The notes below the pieces were generated by a model. That model did no database searches. It was given only the letters and a program-made list of their open reading frames with translations, and was not told where the DNA came from. From Nitrospira japonica (GTDB taxonomy: Bacteria > Nitrospirota > Thermodesulfovibrionia > UBA6902): a stretch of DNA of 64,000 bases. The stretch spans positions 10,564-74,563 of the forward strand of contig DYJL01000008.1 of assembly GCA_020723105.1 (NCBI GenBank), given 5' to 3'. The stretch's first letter is position 1. The number at the start of each line of letters is the position of its first letter. The position numbers were made by a program, and so were the translations under genes. This document shows positions 10,101 to 17,688 of the stretch, piece after piece.

Positions 10101-10812
10101 TCAGGTGGTGGGACTATTCATGATGTCTGATGCCTCATATCGTCTTGCGGACAAGTTGGGTAATGAGTTTTGGTTTGACCGGGCAGGTTATCTTACCGAC
10201 ATGATCTTTTCTGAGGACCATCATATTCATGTTGAATATGCTGACAGTTTTACTGACGCTTTTGAAGAAATCCCTTATCAGATCCAGCCTGCAGGTAAAG
10301 AGCAAACGGCATTTCTTAATGTCTTCATACCAAGAAAAATGACTGTTAAGAACCTCATCAGTGGAGATAGCGAGATCCTGACCTTCAGTGAAGAAGGCGA
10401 ATTTGCTGGATATGTTCCTGAAAATGCGGAAAAGAGCAGCTATAAAATATTAGCGCTAATGTCAGATGCATCTTTCCATCTGCTTGATAAGAATGGGAAT
10501 GAGACGTCATTCAGTTCCTTGCGGACTTTTGATGGAAAATTTAAAGAGATGGCTTTTTCTTCTGATCGCAGAATGGTGAGATCCGTGTCACAGGGCAATC
10601 AAAAGATCGGTTTTAAATATTCTATAGACAGATCAGGAGAAGTTATGATAGCCAGCGCCAATCTCTCGGAAGGCGAAGAAACAAAACTGAGTTATATAGT
10701 GAAATATAAATATGATAAGGAAGGCAGGCTCTATAGTGTAACTGGGACGGGGAATACAATAGCTAAAACTCAACATCAAAATAATGAAATGCTGATGCAT
10801 GTGAAAAAATAG
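7105..10812 (+). CDS. Large secreted protein (1236 aa), unknown function, internal tandem repeats
   Basis: Signal peptide MKTAKSKTLLFTFISVLFLSCIAYA precedes DQF. An ~100-aa tandem repeat starts at PAGDAKRKFLNVLIPEKM... and repeats at PAGKEQTAFLNVFIPRKM.... A second repeated motif is SSRFWFKPSKEK / SSRFWFVPEDMK. I recognise no known catalytic motif. Confidence 0.7.
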   Translation: MKTAKSKTLLFTFISVLFLSCIAYADQFIAFSLNKAEMEMRESGRSHKNRLFELGGITRPVGIVYDANRSDLIVVGQINEKEQKISLDDFVVALRAISVYKESPLVSIDRSDETETTKRQRVRFEGGIENTKFGKDLLEADIILKKMGVGELRTDIWGVKSYVDMSAEYWNKTGIEDSVSSRFWFKPSKEKSFVGVRDGVVIVKKLVIDVKTEVMGAINSHRPVDDRAGSYDEIGDRFASAVAANIDDIDSYYSEVKRLDPLFRLVGLAEGIKREAFNFKPDINFWLNEYRVEHIETLKDYPLLVKEKRLEKNGENRQMTINGGIELRPLLVDLNAGVVTALRDIVIKSRPEGNPLIWKLPLEGWQLPEDSKIDITAFGKKLRDSTAGVNGMSLTKRISPVDSPGNQKINYKSSPLSDGGSNFNFTDRFSPQKYSPHVGGVMLQGVAKVSGGEQAKVDLTSGNFSLIVGGQNARLAPEAYRKFITALWSVYYSQKDPGISIDPIGCFYFDPYDPERDKKFAECLKRYEKKEEKHMVRYIGKVINTDLGRVMREADYVMKKWSVGTEKPGISGFKSPDEYRGWKTTDSEGSSRFWFVPEDMKFKRGGDMLLFEDGRMTVKTEYMFKNDEGAQADPYNEKFAGFFTEHYGEIANKYPVYQELFEYAKMVSLAKYLKEQGLPMFWFLMANKDLVITEDSPGTVEALAKGSDYYKNLYIMGGVDLGFDARREGNYVYDREAVRAINEAVSKLPLNAYSKTTLSAGDITPASSEPFSFNLGKDSFTVVPQHSLTSGKDRHGIRYQTDIALRGTGLQLTGRALETIKNKIIRWMMVQELNPILRTKDTTKLSEAEIEALNKRITEETEKAKTKAGKIIEKMESLKNIKYTDENKFVKALEETIGREKTDIFKRMVMEFAYYNTNLDLVRYFKPGQQDIGEFGKGWHLLIPYRLKPAGDAKRKFLNVLIPEKMAVENQLTGDQEVLTFSTDRYTVAGYVPAKLESSQVVGLFMMSDASYRLADKLGNEFWFDRAGYLTDMIFSEDHHIHVEYADSFTDAFEEIPYQIQPAGKEQTAFLNVFIPRKMTVKNLISGDSEILTFSEEGEFAGYVPENAEKSSYKILALMSDASFHLLDKNGNETSFSSLRTFDGKFKEMAFSSDRRMVRSVSQGNQKIGFKYSIDRSGEVMIASANLSEGEETKLSYIVKYKYDKEGRLYSVTGTGNTIAKTQHQNNEMLMHVKK

Positions 10813-10906
10813 AATTTAATTTAATTGTTATGATATAAGCTCATTACTGTTCAATCAGGCAAGATAAGATAAAATAAAATTTTTCGGAAACAGAAAGGGA
10901 GACTAT

Positions 10907-11848
10907 ATGAAGAGAATACTCGTAACAGGCGGTGCTGGATTCCTCGGCTCGCATCTTTGCGGGAGGTTGCTGAAAGAGGGGCACGAAGTAATATGTGTTG
11001 ATAATTTCTATACAGGCCGGCGTTCCAACATCGCAGGTTTCTTAGATAACCCTATGTTTGAAGTAATACGACATGATGTTTGTTTCCCTTTATACATTGA
11101 AGCAGATGAAATATATAACCTGGCCTGTCCGGCCTCGCCGATTCATTATCAGTTTGATCCTGTACAGACTACAAAGACCTCGGTTCACGGCGCCATAAAC
11201 ATGCTGGGACTTGCAAAACGGATTAAGGCAAAAATATTTCAGGCCTCAACTTCTGAAGTCTACGGCGACCCGCAGGTTCACCCGCAGCCCGAATCTTATT
11301 GGGGCCATGTAAATCCTATTGGTTTTCGATCCTGTTATGATGAGGGAAAAAGGTGCGCTGAGACCCTTTTCTTTGATTATTACCGACAGCATAAGCTTAA
11401 GATAAAAGTCGCAAGAATATTTAATACGTATGGACCGAGAATGCACCCTAATGACGGCCGGGTAGTGAGCAATTTCATTATGCAGGCCTTGCATGGGGAC
11501 CCTATTACAATTTATGGCAACGGGCAACAGACCCGGAGTTTCTGCTATGCAGATGATATGATAGAGGGCTTTATAAAATTCATGAATTCTCCTGATGATT
11601 TTACGGGCCCGGTAAATCTCGGCAACCCTGGTGAATTTACAATACTGGAGCTGGCTGAAAAGGTTATAAAACTGACCAGGTCCAAGTCCAGGATAGTTTA
11701 TAAACCTCTGCCGTATGATGATCCCTCACAGCGCCAACCCAACATAAAGCTCGCAAAAAGCAAACTCAAATGGGAGCCGAAGGTAAACCTGGAAGAAGGG
11801 CTTAAGGAAACTATCAAATACTTTAAGAAATTAAAAATTGATCCCTGA
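10907..11848 (+). CDS. UDP-glucuronate decarboxylase (UDP-xylose synthase), SDR family
   Basis: The NAD-binding motif [12 protein letters not shown] and catalytic YxxxK (CYDEGKR) are present. There is high overall similarity to UXS/ArnA-type decarboxylases ([15 protein letters not shown]). Confidence 0.85.
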   Translation: MKRILVTGGAGFLGSHLCGRLLKEGHEVICVDNFYTGRRSNIAGFLDNPMFEVIRHDVCFPLYIEADEIYNLACPASPIHYQFDPVQTTKTSVHGAINMLGLAKRIKAKIFQASTSEVYGDPQVHPQPESYWGHVNPIGFRSCYDEGKRCAETLFFDYYRQHKLKIKVARIFNTYGPRMHPNDGRVVSNFIMQALHGDPITIYGNGQQTRSFCYADDMIEGFIKFMNSPDDFTGPVNLGNPGEFTILELAEKVIKLTRSKSRIVYKPLPYDDPSQRQPNIKLAKSKLKWEPKVNLEEGLKETIKYFKKLKIDP

Positions 11849-11863
11849 AATTTATAATATCGT

Positions 11864-14557
11864 TTGAAAAACATAATTTTAAATATCAACGGCAGAAGTA
11901 TTCAGACTGTTGAAGGCCGAACAGTCCTGAAGGCTGCGAGAGAAAACGGGATCTACATCCCTACCCTTTGTTACCATCCCCGTACAAAACAGGCCGGCAA
12001 GTGCAGAATATGTGTTGTAGAAGTTGAAGGTTTGCCTGGTTTGAGAATATCCTGTTCGCTCGAAGCAAAAGAGAACATGGTCGTGCTTACAAATACAGAG
12101 CGCGTCCTTGAAACCAGAAAGATGATTGTTGAGTTGTATCTGTCAAGCGGCAAACACAACTGTATTTCATGTGAAGCAAACGGCCGTTGTGAACTGCAGG
12201 AAGTTACATACCGTCTTGGCATAGAGAAGTCCACCTTCCCTGTATTGACTAAAGATTATCCGCCTGATACATCCAGCCCGATGATAATCAGGGACCTGAA
12301 TAAGTGCATTCAGTGTTACCGGTGCATTGCCGGATGCAATAATATCGCAGTTAATGAAGTCCTCGATATGGGGTTTCGGGGCAGCAATATGACTGTAGTC
12401 TGCGATACAAACAAGCCGATGGGAAAATCTTCATGCGTGATTTGCGGCGAATGCGTTCAGCTCTGTCCGACAGGCGCGCTGACAGAGAAAAAGGCCTTTG
12501 GCAAGGGAAGGCCCTGGGAGATAAAAAAAATCAAGACCACATGCCCCTACTGCGGTGTCGGCTGTCAGGTTCATCTGCATGTCAAGGATAATGAGATTGT
12601 GAAAGTGACTGGTGTGGAGGAGGTTGCTCCCAATTACGGCAGCTTATGCATAAAGGGAAGGTTCGGATACGATTTTGTTCATTCTCCTGAAAGATTGAAA
12701 ATGCCGCTTTTAAGAAAGAATGGTAAATTTGTTGAAGTCAGTTGGGATGAGGCGCTCGATTTTACTGCAAGCAGGCTCCTTGAAATTAAAAAGGCCCGGG
12801 GGCCGGAATCTATTGTCGGCATCGGCTGCGCAAGGACTACGAATGAGAACAACTATGTTATGATGAAATTCATGCGTGCGGCAGTTGGCACCAACAACGT
12901 AGACCACTGTGCGCGCACCTGACACGCTCCAACTGTAGCCGGTCTGGCTGCAACTCTGGGTGCAGGCGCAATGTCCAATTCCATCAGGGAGATTGAGAAC
13001 AGCCCGGTCCTGTTTGTAATTGGTTCAAATACAACAGAAGCACATCCGGTTATTGCCAACAGTATGAAGAGGGCCGTCAAGAAGGGCAGCATCCTTATTG
13101 TTGCAGATCCGAGAAAAATTCCCCTTACGCGCTGGGCCACAAAACATTATCAGCATAAGGTAGGTTCAGACATTGCCTTGCTGAATTCAGTGATGCATGA
13201 GATTATAAAAAACGGCTGGCACAACAAAGAATTCATCAGCAGCTATACCGAAGGATTTGATGAATTACAAAAGGTCGTCAGCGCTTATCCACCGGAACGC
13301 GCTTCAGAGATATGCGGAGTTTCAGAGGATGGAATCAGAGAACTTGCAATGCTGCTCGGCACGGCTGAGAGAGTTGCGCTTTATTACACACTCGGAATTA
13401 CCGAACACGTTACAGGGACAGACAACGTCAAAACCTGTGCAAACCTGCAAATGCTTCTCGGCAATATCGGCAAGGAATATACCGGCGTTAATCCATTAAG
13501 GGGGCAGAACAATGTTCAGGGAGCCTGTGACATGGGAGTGCTTCCGGATGTGTTTACAGGATATCAGAAGGTGGCTGATGAAACGGTCCGGGAGAAGTTT
13601 GCAACTGCATGGGGTATTAATTCTTTGCCTGAAACCGCAGGCACAAAAATACCGGCCATGTTTGACGGAATGCTTCACGGCGACATTAAGGCGCTCTATC
13701 TTGTTGGTGAAAATGTAGTGATGTCAGAACCCCATCAGGCGCATACAATCAGGGCGCTTGAAAAACTCGAGCTTCTCATTGTGCAGGATATTTTTTTCAA
13801 TGAGACTGCGCAATATGCGCATGTGGTTTTACCGGCTGCGTGCTTTGCCGAGACAGAAGGGACCGTCACCAATACTGAGAGGCGGGTTCAGCGCGTCAGA
13901 AAGGCCGTGGAACCGCCAGGACAGGCTAAGGAAGACTGGTGGATTATCAGTGAGCTTGCAAGAAGGATGGGCTACCTTATGGACTACACGTCAACAGAGC
14001 AGATATGGGAGGAAGTTCGCAAATTAACGCCAAACATTTCCGGTATTACATTTGAAAGGATCGAGCGAGAGGGCCTTCAATGGCCCTGTCCGGATATTAA
14101 TCATGCCGGTACATGTTATCTTTACTGTGACAATATATTTCCCTGCGGCAAGGCCAGGTTTCAACCTGCACAGTGGAAACCGCCGGCAGAGGTTCCTGAC
14201 AGGGAATATCCGTTTGTGCTTACAACAGGCAGAAGGCTCTGGCATTATCACACAGGGACCCAGATACGAAAATCTGCAGGATTTGATGATGTCTTCCCTG
14301 AGGAACTTATCGAGGTAAACAAGGAAGATGCCGGAAGTCTGGGTATAAAAAATGGCGATTATATCCGCGTTGTCTCACGCAGAGGAATGCTGAGAGTAAA
14401 GGCCTGGGTTACGGACCACGTTTCACCAGGCTTGTGCTTTATGACCTTTCACTTTCATGAGGCCTGTGCAAACGCTCTGACGAACAATGCCTTTGACCCG
14501 TTTGCAGGCACTGCCGAATATAAGGCATGTGCAGTGAGGCTGGAGAAAGAGGGATAG
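11864..14557 (+). CDS. fdhA: Formate dehydrogenase alpha subunit, selenocysteine-containing (NAD-type with N-terminal 2Fe-2S/4Fe-4S NuoG-like domain)
   Basis: TTG start. The N-terminus has a 2Fe-2S ferredoxin and 4Fe-4S motifs (CIQCYRCIAGC, CVICGECVQLCP). Context VDHCART-TGA-HAPTVAGLAATLGAGAMSNS places the TGA at 12920-12922 at the conserved Sec position of FdhA/FdhF. The downstream ORF (12971-14557) is in the same frame. A SECIS-like hairpin lies 13 nt after the UGA. Confidence 0.85.
12935..12951 (+). other. SECIS-like hairpin downstream of fdhA UGA
   Basis: GUAGCC-GGUCU-GGCUGC forms a 6-bp stem (including one G-U pair) with a GGUCU apical loop, like the E. coli fdhF SECIS apical loop. Confidence 0.55.
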
Positions 14558-14574
14558 CGTTATGCAGTCCCTGT

Positions 14575-15264
14575 TTATTTCCTTTCTGGCCCCCTCGACC
14601 AAGGCGATTTGTCTCTTACCTCAACTACGTTAATAAGATACCCGAAGGGATAGTCCGGCTGATAAAGATGGAATTTATCGAACTCAAAGAGTTTTCTTGA
14701 GGCCAGGAGGAATCTGTAACAGGGGTTGTCTTTCTGAAGTATTTCCACCTTTCCATTTACCTGAAAGCTTATATACTGCATGCCCTGAGGAGTGTGAGAC
14801 ATTCCAACATAGAGAAGACTTGAATAAGGATTCTCCCTGAGATTCTCAAGGGCCTTTCCTTCAAATATCTCAAGTCCGCCAAGGATGGCTGGATCAAAGT
14901 TGTCTGTATTCTGATAAAGCCTATGAACAGCCTCGATCCTCTTGTGAAGGCTTTCACGCCACGGCATGGCCCGTGCTTCTACTATGGCAGCCTCAAATAT
15001 ATCTGTATAATCCTGAAGATATTTCGCCTTTGGAATGAGGCCGATTCCCTTGACTGTCATATTCACAGGGAACGAATCTCCCTGCCGCCATGTTGCCATC
15101 ACAGGAAGATGCGCAGCAAAGTAACGCATGGGCTGGCCTTCTTTCATATCATTGAGAAATTTAATCCTTGATGATACAAGCCACTCAAGGAAATGTGCCG
15201 GAATTGCATTTAATGTTAAACGTGATGGATGAAACTGTTGTTCTTTTTCTTTTAATTTCATCAT
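14575..15264 (-). CDS. Conserved hypothetical protein (last gene of the molybdoenzyme operon)
   Basis: A 229-aa soluble protein with no recognisable motif. AAGGAGGG RBS lies 6 nt upstream of the ATG. It is co-directional with, and 52 nt downstream of, the gamma subunit gene. Confidence 0.5.
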   Translation of the reverse strand: MMKLKEKEQQFHPSRLTLNAIPAHFLEWLVSSRIKFLNDMKEGQPMRYFAAHLPVMATWRQGDSFPVNMTVKGIGLIPKAKYLQDYTDIFEAAIVEARAMPWRESLHKRIEAVHRLYQNTDNFDPAILGGLEIFEGKALENLRENPYSSLLYVGMSHTPQGMQYISFQVNGKVEILQKDNPCYRFLLASRKLFEFDKFHLYQPDYPFGYLINVVEVRDKSPWSRGPERK

Positions 15265-15315
15265 ACCCTCCTTTACCCTACACCCTCTGCCCTACACCCT
15301 TTTATTTTCTACACC
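15265..15315 (-). promoter_or_regulatory. G-rich (GGGTGTAGGG)n tract immediately upstream of start codon, potential G-quadruplex/regulatory element
   Basis: The minus strand reads GGGGATAAGAAGAAAAAGGGGGTAGGGTGTAGAAAATAAAAGGGTGTAGGGCAGAGGGTGTAGGGTAAAGGAGGG-ATG. That gives at least 5 GGG runs with 1-7 nt loops. Confidence 0.4.
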
Positions 15316-16203
15316 CTACCCCCTTTTTCTTCTTATCCCCATAATTATTCCAGCCTCTATCCCCAGTGTGCCTATGAAAGCAAGCACCGGATAAAAATAT
15401 ATAGTCTCTTTCTCCTCTGTCTCAAGGGCAACATAGTACCATGTAGAGACAACCTTTCTACCGCCCCTGTCACCTTCAGAGCCATTCCATACTGCAAGAG
15501 AAAGTGGGGTGACGCTGCCTTCCCTGAAAACAACGTCGAATTTATCCTGAGATGTCAGGGGCCGCTTAAACACAACAAACCATTTCCCGGACTGCCATTT
15601 TCCGTTACCGCTGATGTTTTGGATATCAGCCTTTTCCAGATCAGTTGCGTTTCCAAAGCCCTGAGCGATTATATTTTCAACAGGTGAAATTCTCGCTCTT
15701 GATACAGGATTGCCGACCTCAAGGCCTCCGGCAAATTCATCTGATGTTGCATAGGTACTATGCATGTCATTTGCATTTTGCCATGAAGCTTTCCAGAACC
15801 AGATATTTACAGGATTGTCTTTGTCGCCCATTGCAAAATGCGGTTTGGATGCAGCAGCAGATGAGGGAAATTCCAATGCCACGGCATCAGAGAACTTATC
15901 TACATCTAATGACGAATCTTCTGAGGCATCACTCCACTCAAGCAGAAAGGCCATTTCTTTTGTGTTGTGCAGGGCCCGGACCTTTAAATTTTTTACAGAA
16001 GATTCATAGGTCCTCGGTTTTGCCATAACCTGTGGAGCGAGGGGAATTTCAATGGCAGATGCATTGTTCCAGGCGCTGTTATCAGCTTCAAGGGGCAGAT
16101 CACCCGATACCTTCTTTGCCATGACAACAAGACCCTGGGAATAGGCATCAAAAGACAGGAGGAAAAAACAGAGAAGAGCGAAAATAGTTATCATTGCGAG
16201 CAT
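15316..16203 (-). CDS. Gamma subunit of type II DMSO-reductase-family enzyme (EbdC/NxrC-like, haem b), membrane-anchored
   Basis: A start at MLAMITIFALLCFFLLSFDAYSQG gives a signal peptide. The longer ORF extending to 16431 consists of REP repeats. The EB_dh-like domain and a C-terminal TM helix (FYPVLAFIGTLGIEAGIIMGI) are present. It is adjacent to the beta subunit. Confidence 0.65.
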   Translation of the reverse strand: MLAMITIFALLCFFLLSFDAYSQGLVVMAKKVSGDLPLEADNSAWNNASAIEIPLAPQVMAKPRTYESSVKNLKVRALHNTKEMAFLLEWSDASEDSSLDVDKFSDAVALEFPSSAAASKPHFAMGDKDNPVNIWFWKASWQNANDMHSTYATSDEFAGGLEVGNPVSRARISPVENIIAQGFGNATDLEKADIQNISGNGKWQSGKWFVVFKRPLTSQDKFDVVFREGSVTPLSLAVWNGSEGDRGGRKVVSTWYYVALETEEKETIYFYPVLAFIGTLGIEAGIIMGIRRKRG

Positions 16204-16210
16204 AGTGTGC

Positions 16211-16301
16211 TGTCCGTAACAGTTCTTTACACTGTCATTGCGAGGGACGAAGTCCCGAAGCAATCTCACTACGAGATTCCTCGCTTCGCTCGGAATGACA
16301 A
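16211..16301. repeat. REP/MITE-like palindromic element, family A (inverted pair of GTCATTGCGAG...GAAGCAATCTC units)
   Basis: The sequence is CTGTCCGTAACAGTTCTTTACAC-TGTCATTGCGAGGGACGAAGTCCCGAAGCAATCTC-ACTAC-GAGATTCCTCGCTTCGCTCGGAATGACA. It lies in the beta-gamma intergenic spacer. Confidence 0.65.
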
Positions 16302-16345
16302 AGCTGTAAAGATATTTAGCTGACAGGACAATAGGAAAGCAATCT

Positions 16346-16396
16346 TTCTTTTGACTACGAGATTGCTTCACACCCTTTGGGTGTTCGCAATGACAT
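16346..16396. repeat. REP family A single unit (reverse orientation)
   Basis: GAGATTGCTTCACACCCTTTGGGTGTTCGCAATGACA has an internal palindrome CACCC(T/A)AAGGGTG. Confidence 0.55.
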
Positions 16397-16440
16397 CTGA
16401 ACTTGTCTTCATAAATTTGAAATTTTCTCATTATCCCCTC

Positions 16441-17637
16441 CTATGTTATGTTATGCCTGTAGACTTGCAGTTTTTCATCATGGAAGGGCCTGATAAAGAC
16501 AGGCTCTTTTAAGGGCACCTTTACCAACTCTTTACCCTTTTCACCATAACCAGTAACAATGCCCTTTGATACCCTGAATTTTGCGGACCAGAACTCTGTT
16601 GAACCAAATAGCGTCAGAGCCCCCAGCAGGGTTTCATCTTTATGGGCATTTTTGTATGCCGCGACCGCATTCGCAGCATCCGGCCCGAACATCTGTATCA
16701 GATAAGGAAGTGGAACATGTATAGGCGGAATATAATATATATTAGGCTCCAGGCCAAGCTGCGGGTAGAGGGGTAACGCAATCTTCTTGATGTGAACCAG
16801 ATAGTCCACAGGATTTGCAGGGTCCGGCTTATCAGGGGTATGCAGCCAGCCATTAAGTCGTATCCTTCCGATGCAGGTTGTCACACACTGAGTCTGGTGT
16901 CCCTGTTCTGCAAGCGGATAGCAACCAATACATTTTTCAGCTATCTTTGTCGTGTTATTGAAAAGAACTTTTTTATAGGGACAGGCCCTTACGCATTCTC
17001 TGTAGCCTCTGCACCTTTTCTGATCCACAAGGACTATGCCGTCTTCCTCTCTCTTATAGATAGCCTTTCTCGGACAGGCTCCCACACAGGCTGGATATGT
17101 GCAATGGTTGCAAATGCGGGCGAGATAGAAATGCCATACCTTATGAGGCATTGTTATAAAATCACCCTTATCTATTGAGCCAGATGGTTCGTCTTCACCG
17201 ATGTTTGGATGGGCCCAGTCAATTTCCTCAGGGATATAGCCCTGAGCCACCTGCCCCTTTGGTGCAGCCTCAAATATTGTATTGCCTTTATAAACTTTCC
17301 CTTCCCATTTTTGAGGGCCCAGTAAATCCAGTATCTTCACGTCCCACGCCAGCGGATAAAACCCATACGGCTTTGACTCAACATTGTTCCAGAACATATA
17401 CTCCTGCCCCTTGCCCGTGGTCCATGTGTGTTTGCATGCCATGGTGCAGGTCTGGCAGGCAATGCACTTGTTGATGTCGAATACCGCGGCAAACTGTTTC
17501 TGCGGCCTTACTTCTTCGTATGGATAATACATCTCCCTCTGAATCTGCCAGTTCTTTACTTTATTTTTAGCCATTAATCCCTTACCTCCGTAGATTGCTT
17601 CGTCATCCCGAAGAATCGGAATTCCTCGCAATGACAA
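16441..17637 (-). CDS. Beta (Fe-S) subunit of Nar/Nxr-type oxidoreductase (NarH/NxrB-like)
   Basis: CIACQTCTMACKHTWTTGKGQEYMFWNNVESKPYGFYP matches the NarH N-terminus. Further ferredoxin motifs are CNHCTYPACVGACP and CRGYRECVRACP, plus CIGC...C. Confidence 0.9.
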   Translation of the reverse strand: MSLRGIPILRDDEAIYGGKGLMAKNKVKNWQIQREMYYPYEEVRPQKQFAAVFDINKCIACQTCTMACKHTWTTGKGQEYMFWNNVESKPYGFYPLAWDVKILDLLGPQKWEGKVYKGNTIFEAAPKGQVAQGYIPEEIDWAHPNIGEDEPSGSIDKGDFITMPHKVWHFYLARICNHCTYPACVGACPRKAIYKREEDGIVLVDQKRCRGYRECVRACPYKKVLFNNTTKIAEKCIGCYPLAEQGHQTQCVTTCIGRIRLNGWLHTPDKPDPANPVDYLVHIKKIALPLYPQLGLEPNIYYIPPIHVPLPYLIQMFGPDAANAVAAYKNAHKDETLLGALTLFGSTEFWSAKFRVSKGIVTGYGEKGKELVKVPLKEPVFIRPFHDEKLQVYRHNIT

Positions 17638-17671
17638 TCATGTTATATGTCATTGCGAGCGAAGCAATCTC
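17591..17671. repeat. REP family A inverted pair in alpha-beta intergenic spacer
   Basis: The sequence is GTAGATTGCTTCGTCATCCCGAAGAATCGGAATTCCTCGCAATGACA-ATCATGTTATATG-TCATTGCGAGCGAAGCAATCTC. Confidence 0.6.
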
Positions 17672-17688
17672 AATTTGAAATTTTAAAT

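Noticed and set aside
11864-12922. Calling 11864-12922 and 12971-14557 as two genes, or as a pseudogene
   Set aside because: They share a frame. The intervening TGA sits at the conserved FdhA Sec position and has a SECIS-like hairpin, so this is one selenoprotein gene.
16204-16431. 5' extension of the gamma-subunit ORF (76 extra aa: MRKFQIYEDKFRCHCEHPKGVKQSRSQKK...LLRDFVPRNDSVKNCYGQHT)
   Set aside because: The extension is composed entirely of REP family A palindromes (16211-16396). The true start is the signal-peptide Met at 16203.
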